The notes beneath the pieces were generated by a model. That model worked only from the letters and a program-made list of their open reading frames with translations, was not told where the DNA came from and ran no database searches. The position numbers and the translations under genes are program-made. Positions 59,605 to 64,000 of a stretch of 64,000 nucleotides of DNA are shown here, in pieces. Position 1 is the stretch's first letter; each line of letters opens with the position of its first letter. The DNA is taken from positions 1 through 64,000 of IMG/VR virus record IMGVR_UViG_3300049595_004693. One strand, given 5' to 3'. This DNA comes from a virus.

Positions 59605-59614
59605 TAACAAGTTA
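59605..59614 (+). promoter_or_regulatory. TAACAAGTTA putative late promoter element
   Basis: Exact copy. Confidence 0.7.
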
Positions 59615-59628
59615 TAGCAGAGGATAGT

Positions 59629-59985
59629 ATGGATCAAGTAAAAAAACGAACACTTCAACAAGTACTTAATCAACAAAAAAATATTGAAAACTACATTCAA
59701 GGAAAAGATGTAGCTCTTTCAAAACTATCTGAAGCGGAACGAACGAACCCTTTAATTTATAAAGGGGTTACAGAGATGGATCCAGAAATAACTCGCAAAA
59801 CTCAACTAAACGAAAACAATATTAATAGACTTAATATTTTAGCAGATATGGACAGATCTTCGGCATCTCTAGAGGAATTACAAGCCCGAGCCGCTGCTAA
59901 AGCTGAAGCTGAACGTTATCCCGAGCTTCGCAAACGCCTTCGACATCGCGTAGAATCTTTTCCTGCTATCGTAAACGACGAGTAA
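59629..59985 (+). CDS. Hypothetical late protein
   Basis: GAGGA SD. Confidence 0.55.
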   Translation: MDQVKKRTLQQVLNQQKNIENYIQGKDVALSKLSEAERTNPLIYKGVTEMDPEITRKTQLNENNINRLNILADMDRSSASLEELQARAAAKAEAERYPELRKRLRHRVESFPAIVNDE

Positions 59986-60069
59986 AGTTTTGCCTTAAGA
60001 TGAGGCAGAAGCGGCATCCAATAACGGACCCGCAATCCACTATATCCTATAGGACTATTGGAGTATAAC

Positions 60070-61011
60070 ATGAGTGAAATCCTTCCCACCTCGGCTCCCG
60101 CCGAGACTGCGTCCGAATCCGCTAACGAACAAGTAGAACAACAAGAACAAGAATTAGGTCAAGAGACCGCGGCTCCCGCCGCGTCCACAGAGCCCACCAA
60201 AGAAGAAATCAAGGAGCTTAAAAAGCGCCTTAAGATTAAGGTGGACGGCGAAGAGTTTGAAGAAGAAATCGACCTCGCTGACGAAGAAGGGCTCAAGCGC
60301 CACCTTCAGATGTCTAAAGTAGCTCAGAAGCGCATGCAGGAGTTTAGCTCCCTTCGTAAAGAAGTAGAAGATTTCGTGGGTGCCATGAAAGACCCGAAAC
60401 AGGCACGCGCCATTATGCGCGAACTGGGCCTCAATGAGCGAGAACTTGCCGAGTTGATTATCAATGATGCTATTGAGGAGTCGAAGAAGACACCTGAACA
60501 GCTTGCTATGGAGAAGATTGAGCAAGAAAAAGAAAAGCTTCGTAAGGAGCTTGATGCCATTAAGAAAGAAAAAGAAGAGAGTGAACTTCGCGCTAAGCAG
60601 GAGCGTTTCGAGAAGGAACTCGAAAACGAAATGATTACGGCGATTGACAAAGCAGGAGTACCTGTGTCTCCTTACATGATTAAGCGTACGGCAGACTTTA
60701 TGTCTCTAGCTTTGGAAAATAATATCAAGTTGAGCCCAGCAGAGATTCTTCCTTTAGTAATCTCCGAAGTTAAGGGTGATATTAAAAAGCTCGTTGCCGA
60801 CATGCCTGACGAAGTTCTTGAGGAATACCTCACAAAAGATCGCCTTTCTAACTATCGTAAGAAGGCTATCGCTAAGGCTAAGGAAGTGGCACAGGCGGTG
60901 GGTCAATCTCAAGTCAAGGCCACGGGTCAGTCTGAGCTTAAGACCAAAGAAGAAAAAGCTGCGAAAGATGAGCCGAAGAAAATGTCAGTCCGTGACTGGT
61001 TAAAAAGCTAA
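60070..61011 (+). CDS. Capsid scaffolding protein
   Basis: Acidic coiled coil with KIKVDGEE; directly upstream of the MCP; GGAG SD before ATG 60070. Confidence 0.8.
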   Translation: MSEILPTSAPAETASESANEQVEQQEQELGQETAAPAASTEPTKEEIKELKKRLKIKVDGEEFEEEIDLADEEGLKRHLQMSKVAQKRMQEFSSLRKEVEDFVGAMKDPKQARAIMRELGLNERELAELIINDAIEESKKTPEQLAMEKIEQEKEKLRKELDAIKKEKEESELRAKQERFEKELENEMITAIDKAGVPVSPYMIKRTADFMSLALENNIKLSPAEILPLVISEVKGDIKKLVADMPDEVLEEYLTKDRLSNYRKKAIAKAKEVAQAVGQSQVKATGQSELKTKEEKAAKDEPKKMSVRDWLKS

Positions 61012-61034
61012 ATAATTACAAATAGTTATATACT

Positions 61035-61072
61035 AGGGATTACTGTATTTTTGCAGTAATCCCTTTTATTTT
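61035..61072 (+). terminator. Rho-independent terminator
   Basis: AGGGATTACTG/CAGTAATCCCT stem plus T-tract. Confidence 0.8.
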
Positions 61073-61081
61073 AACAAGTTA
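61072..61081 (+). promoter_or_regulatory. TAACAAGTTA putative late promoter element (MCP)
   Basis: Immediately after the terminator. Confidence 0.75.
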
Positions 61082-61211
61082 GATTAGATAAAGACTTCTG
61101 CTTTATTTCCGGGGGACGCGAGAGCTATCCGCTGAGCTTATAAAGGGAATATCTAGTAATCAAATAATCGTATCAATAGAATAATTTCATTTTTACTTTA
61201 AGGAGTAAACA

Positions 61212-61361
61212 ATGGCTACTGCAAATACTATGGATACCCTTAACGGCCTGTTTAAGGAAGTCTACGCTGACAAAGTTGAGCGTTTGATTCCTGAAGGTCT
61301 TAAGCTGTATTCTGCTGTTCCCTTCGTCGGCAAAGAAAAAATGCCAGGAAACAACTACCAT
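61212..61361 (+). CDS. Major capsid protein, exon 1 (50 aa)
   Basis: AAGGAG SD; MATANTMDTLNGLFKEVYADKVERLIPEG...PGNNYH, followed by TAA at the splice site. Confidence 0.85.
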
Positions 61362-62176
61362 TAATGTTGGTGGTAGGTGGGTGAAAATCCCAAAACCAAC
61401 TGGTTTATAAATCTTCTCTAATTGACTTGAAACTCCTGAAAACAGGAAAACAAGGCGGAAGACGAAAGTCACCGTGAGAGACTAAACGAGAAGACGCCGA
61501 AAGGCGATGCGATAGTCCGAACTACTGAAATAAAATAGACGAATCCTCTAGAGGAATAAGTCGTGAAAAATTACAAAGTGTACCTAATACGGGAAAAAGA
61601 ATCCTGCGATATTAAATACGTAGGCTTGACTAGCCAATCTTTATATAAAAGATTTAGTCAGCATAAGTTAAAACGTCGCATAACCGATCAAAAGTATCAA
61701 ATAGAGTTGGTTGCTGAAGAGCTGTCATTAGAAGAGGCTGTTCAGCTAGAAAAGTTGTTGATAAAGCAATATGATCTTTTGATTAAAGGTTGGAACGTCT
61801 CTCCCGGATCAGTCAACGGATACTCTAATCTACACTCGGACCAACTTAAAGAAAAATGGTCTAGAGAAAGAAGAGGGGTTCCTGTGTCCGAGGAGCACGC
61901 CGAAAAAAATAGGCTCGCTCGATTAGGTAGAAAAAACTCGCCCGAGCATAATAAAGCTATTAGCGAAAAAACAGCTAAAGCGGTGATATGTTTGGAAACC
62001 GGAAAAGTATACCCATCAGCCAGAGCGGCTGCTAAAGAGTTGGGAGTATCTTATTGCAAGATAAGCTTGTGCTGCACCGGCAAAAGAAAAACTACGAGGG
62101 GATTACACTTTAAATTTGTGGAAACAGTAGAGACTAGCAGAAATGACTAGTCCCATCTAACGATGAGTAACACATG
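61362..62176 (+). mobile_element. Group I self-splicing intron (815 nt)
   Basis: P1 CUACCAU/GUGGUAG with U-G; P10 GUUG/CAAC; P3 CUUCUC/GAGAAG; P7 GAGACUA/UAGUCC; P8 CGCC-GAAA-GGCG; terminal G. Confidence 0.92.
61563..62150 (+). CDS. Intron-encoded GIY-YIG homing endonuclease with NUMOD3/NUMOD1-like domains
   Basis: VY...YVG.T...KRF..H...E..LI...GWN; SEEH/SPEH repeats; CLETGKVYPS..AA. Confidence 0.88.
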   Translation: MKNYKVYLIREKESCDIKYVGLTSQSLYKRFSQHKLKRRITDQKYQIELVAEELSLEEAVQLEKLLIKQYDLLIKGWNVSPGSVNGYSNLHSDQLKEKWSRERRGVPVSEEHAEKNRLARLGRKNSPEHNKAISEKTAKAVICLETGKVYPSARAAAKELGVSYCKISLCCTGKRKTTRGLHFKFVETVETSRND

Positions 62177-63244
62177 CAACCAGTCGTGCTCGCAAGCGAA
62201 CACGGCTTCTCTCATGGCGGTCAAGACGACGGCGCGTTCACTCTGAACAACGCTGTTGCTGGTCAAGTCAAAGACGCAACGGTTAAGGGCTATCAAATCG
62301 TCCTCCGCACCGTTATGTCTTACTCTGTCCTCTCTCGCGCATCGTCTGCTGGCGCACGCGCTTTCGAAACTGCTACGAAGCATATTCTCGCGAATATGAT
62401 TCGTTCGTTCGGACGCCGCGCTGAAATTCAGTGCATGTATGGACAAGTTGGTTTGGGCGTTATCGCGTCTACTTCGTCCCCTGCTATCGTTATCAGCACT
62501 GCTGAATGGGCTGCTGGTATCTGGTCGGGAATGAAGAATCTTCCAATCGAAATTCGTAGTTCTGCTGGCGTACTTCGCGGAACTGCTGTGGTTTCTTCGA
62601 TTGATCTCGATACTCGCACAATCACTCTTGATGCTCTTCCTGGCGGTACTGTTGCCACCGACGTTGTACATTACCTAGGTGCATACAACAACGAAATGGC
62701 CGGCCTCCACAAGATCATCTCAAACTCCGGATCGCTCTTCGGCATCGACGCAGCTCAGTACGAACTGTGGAAGGGTAACACCTATTCCGCAGGTTCGGCA
62801 GCTCTTTCGTTTGCTAAGATTCAATCGGCAGTCGCTAAGGCTGTTGAGAAGGGTCTTGATAGTGACGTTAAGGTACTCGTCAACGTGAAAACGTGGGCAA
62901 ACCTCCTCAACGAACAAGCAGCTCTCCGCATGTACGATCAATCGTATAAGCTTGCTGAAGCTGAAAACGGAGCACAAAGCATCAAGTTCCACGGTCAAAA
63001 TGGTATCGTGGAAATCGTTCCTTCGATTTACGTCAAGGAAGGGTATGCTTACCTTGCTCCGTTCGAAGATCTTCTCAAAGTCGGTTCGACGGACATGACC
63101 TTCAAGCTCCCTGGCTCTGAAGATCAGTTCTTCCGCCAACTCGAAAACAGCGCTGGCGTAGAACTTAGATGTTATTCCGATATGAGTTTGTTCTCTTGCG
63201 CCCCCGGCAAGATGACGCTCATTAGTAATATAGTAAATAGCTAG
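62177..63244 (+). CDS. Major capsid protein, exon 2 (spliced product 405 aa)
   Basis: In-frame continuation QPVVLASEHG; follows the scaffold; strong codon bias; terminator downstream. Confidence 0.85.
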   Translation, partial: QPVVLASEHGFSHGGQDDGAFTLNNAVAGQVKDATVKGYQIVLRTVMSYSVLSRASSAGARAFETATKHILANMIRSFGRRAEIQCMYGQVGLGVIASTSSPAIVISTAEWAAGIWSGMKNLPIEIRSSAGVLRGTAVVSSIDLDTRTITLDALPGGTVATDVVHYLGAYNNEMAGLHKIISNSGSLFGIDAAQYELWKGNTYSAGSAALSFAKIQSAVAKAVEKGLDSDVKVLVNVKTWANLLNEQAALRMYDQSYKLAEAENGAQSIKFHGQNGIVEIVPSIYVKEGYAYLAPFEDLLKVGSTDMTFKLPGSEDQFFRQLENSAGVELRCYSDMSLFSCAPGKMTLISNIVNS

Positions 63245-63277
63245 TTATTTCAATAACTTAGCTTATTTATCCCCCCT

Positions 63278-63311
63278 GAGCCCCCGGATTTAATTATTTG
63301 GGGGCTCTTTT
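63278..63311 (+). terminator. Rho-independent terminator
   Basis: GAGCCCCC/GGGGGCTC stem plus T-tract. Confidence 0.85.
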
Positions 63312-63344
63312 GTATCATCTTAACCCTGATTTGCGGTATTGTTC

Positions 63345-63354
63345 TAACAAGTTA
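63345..63354 (+). promoter_or_regulatory. TAACAAGTTA putative late promoter element
   Basis: 4 nt before ATG 63359. Confidence 0.7.
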
Positions 63355-63358
63355 ATAT

Positions 63359-64000
63359 ATGAACATAATCTACAAAATCACTAATAAAATAAACGGCAAG
63401 TTATATATCGGATCTACCACAATGTCATTAGAACGTAGGTGGATGATGCATATTAAGTATGGTAAAAACATCCTAAGCAGAGCTATTAAAAAATATGGTG
63501 AGCATAACTTTCTAGTAGAAGAATTATGCTGTGTTTTAGATATTAATGAACTTTATGTTGTTGAGGGTTATTTTATTAATTTGCATAATGCTTTAGTCCC
63601 CTCTGGATATAATATATTAAGCCCCTCAAAAAATGAGGTCCCCTCGTCTCCCAGTTACAGAAAAGAGTGTGCTGCCCGAACAAAAAACAGGCACGCGAAT
63701 TCAGAGCAGCATAAAAAAATGATGAGCGGAATTAGTATTTACGTAGAGAATAAAAAACGAAAGGTTCTGGCTGTAGACATTAGAGATGGTAAAACAATTA
63801 CTAAATTTGACACTGTCCACGCGGCGGAACAAGTGGATCCTTCTCTGCATCCCTGTCTTAAAGGTGATACCACCTATTCTCTTAACTACTGCTGGTTCTA
63901 CGACACCGGCGAATCAGACGAGCACTATATCCAAAAAGCTTTAGAAAGAGTTCGCTTTTGGAGAAAGTACGAAGTGTCTCCGTTCTACGGTATTCATAAA
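63359..64000 (+). CDS. Free-standing GIY-YIG endonuclease (3' truncated; not in ORF track)
   Basis: MNIIYKITNKINGKLYIGST...ERRW..H...AIKKYG..NF...E...I...GYN. Confidence 0.88.
   Translation, partial: MNIIYKITNKINGKLYIGSTTMSLERRWMMHIKYGKNILSRAIKKYGEHNFLVEELCCVLDINELYVVEGYFINLHNALVPSGYNILSPSKNEVPSSPSYRKECAARTKNRHANSEQHKKMMSGISIYVENKKRKVLAVDIRDGKTITKFDTVHAAEQVDPSLHPCLKGDTTYSLNYCWFYDTGESDEHYIQKALERVRFWRKYEVSPFYGIHK

Noticed and set aside
62174-62176. ATG start of a 356-aa capsid protein
   Set aside because: These are the last three intron bases, including the terminal G; the strong SD and start are at 61212
63243-63260. IHF-like sites (also near 61014 and 42277)
   Set aside because: Only degenerate matches in AT-rich DNA; not distinguishable from chance by eye
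1-64000. Alternative genetic code
   Set aside because: Coding density is high under code 11, and TAA, TAG and TGA all end full-length conserved genes

Overview
The window is most of a lytic-looking, podovirus-like dsDNA phage genome; no integrase or repressor was recognised, and genes are truncated at both ends. The + strand carries late/virion modules: 1-8.4 kb (tail tube, ejection proteins) and 50.3-64 kb (terminase, portal, fibre/decoration-like proteins, scaffold, major capsid protein). The - strand (8.3-50.2 kb) carries early/middle genes: PolA, primase-helicase, ERF, PD-(D/E)XK nuclease, class II RNR, ThyX, dUTPase, amidoligase/GATase, three exported proteases, and a Gmd/ColD-like/glycosyltransferase cassette. 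A non-coding control region lies at about 34.95-36.4 kb. Main observations: (1) nine sigma54 (RpoN) -24/-12 boxes in mixed orientation within 286 bp, interleaved with G-tracts; (2) a group I intron with a GIY-YIG homing endonuclease splits the major capsid gene (61362-62176); (3) an exact TAACAAGTTA motif precedes eight + strand transcription units, including both free-standing endonucleases; (4) several sigma70-type promoters appear to make leaderless mRNAs; (5) a 59-aa Xre/MbcA/ParS-like antitoxin ORF missed by the ORF track. All calls come from reading motifs by eye; no searches were run.
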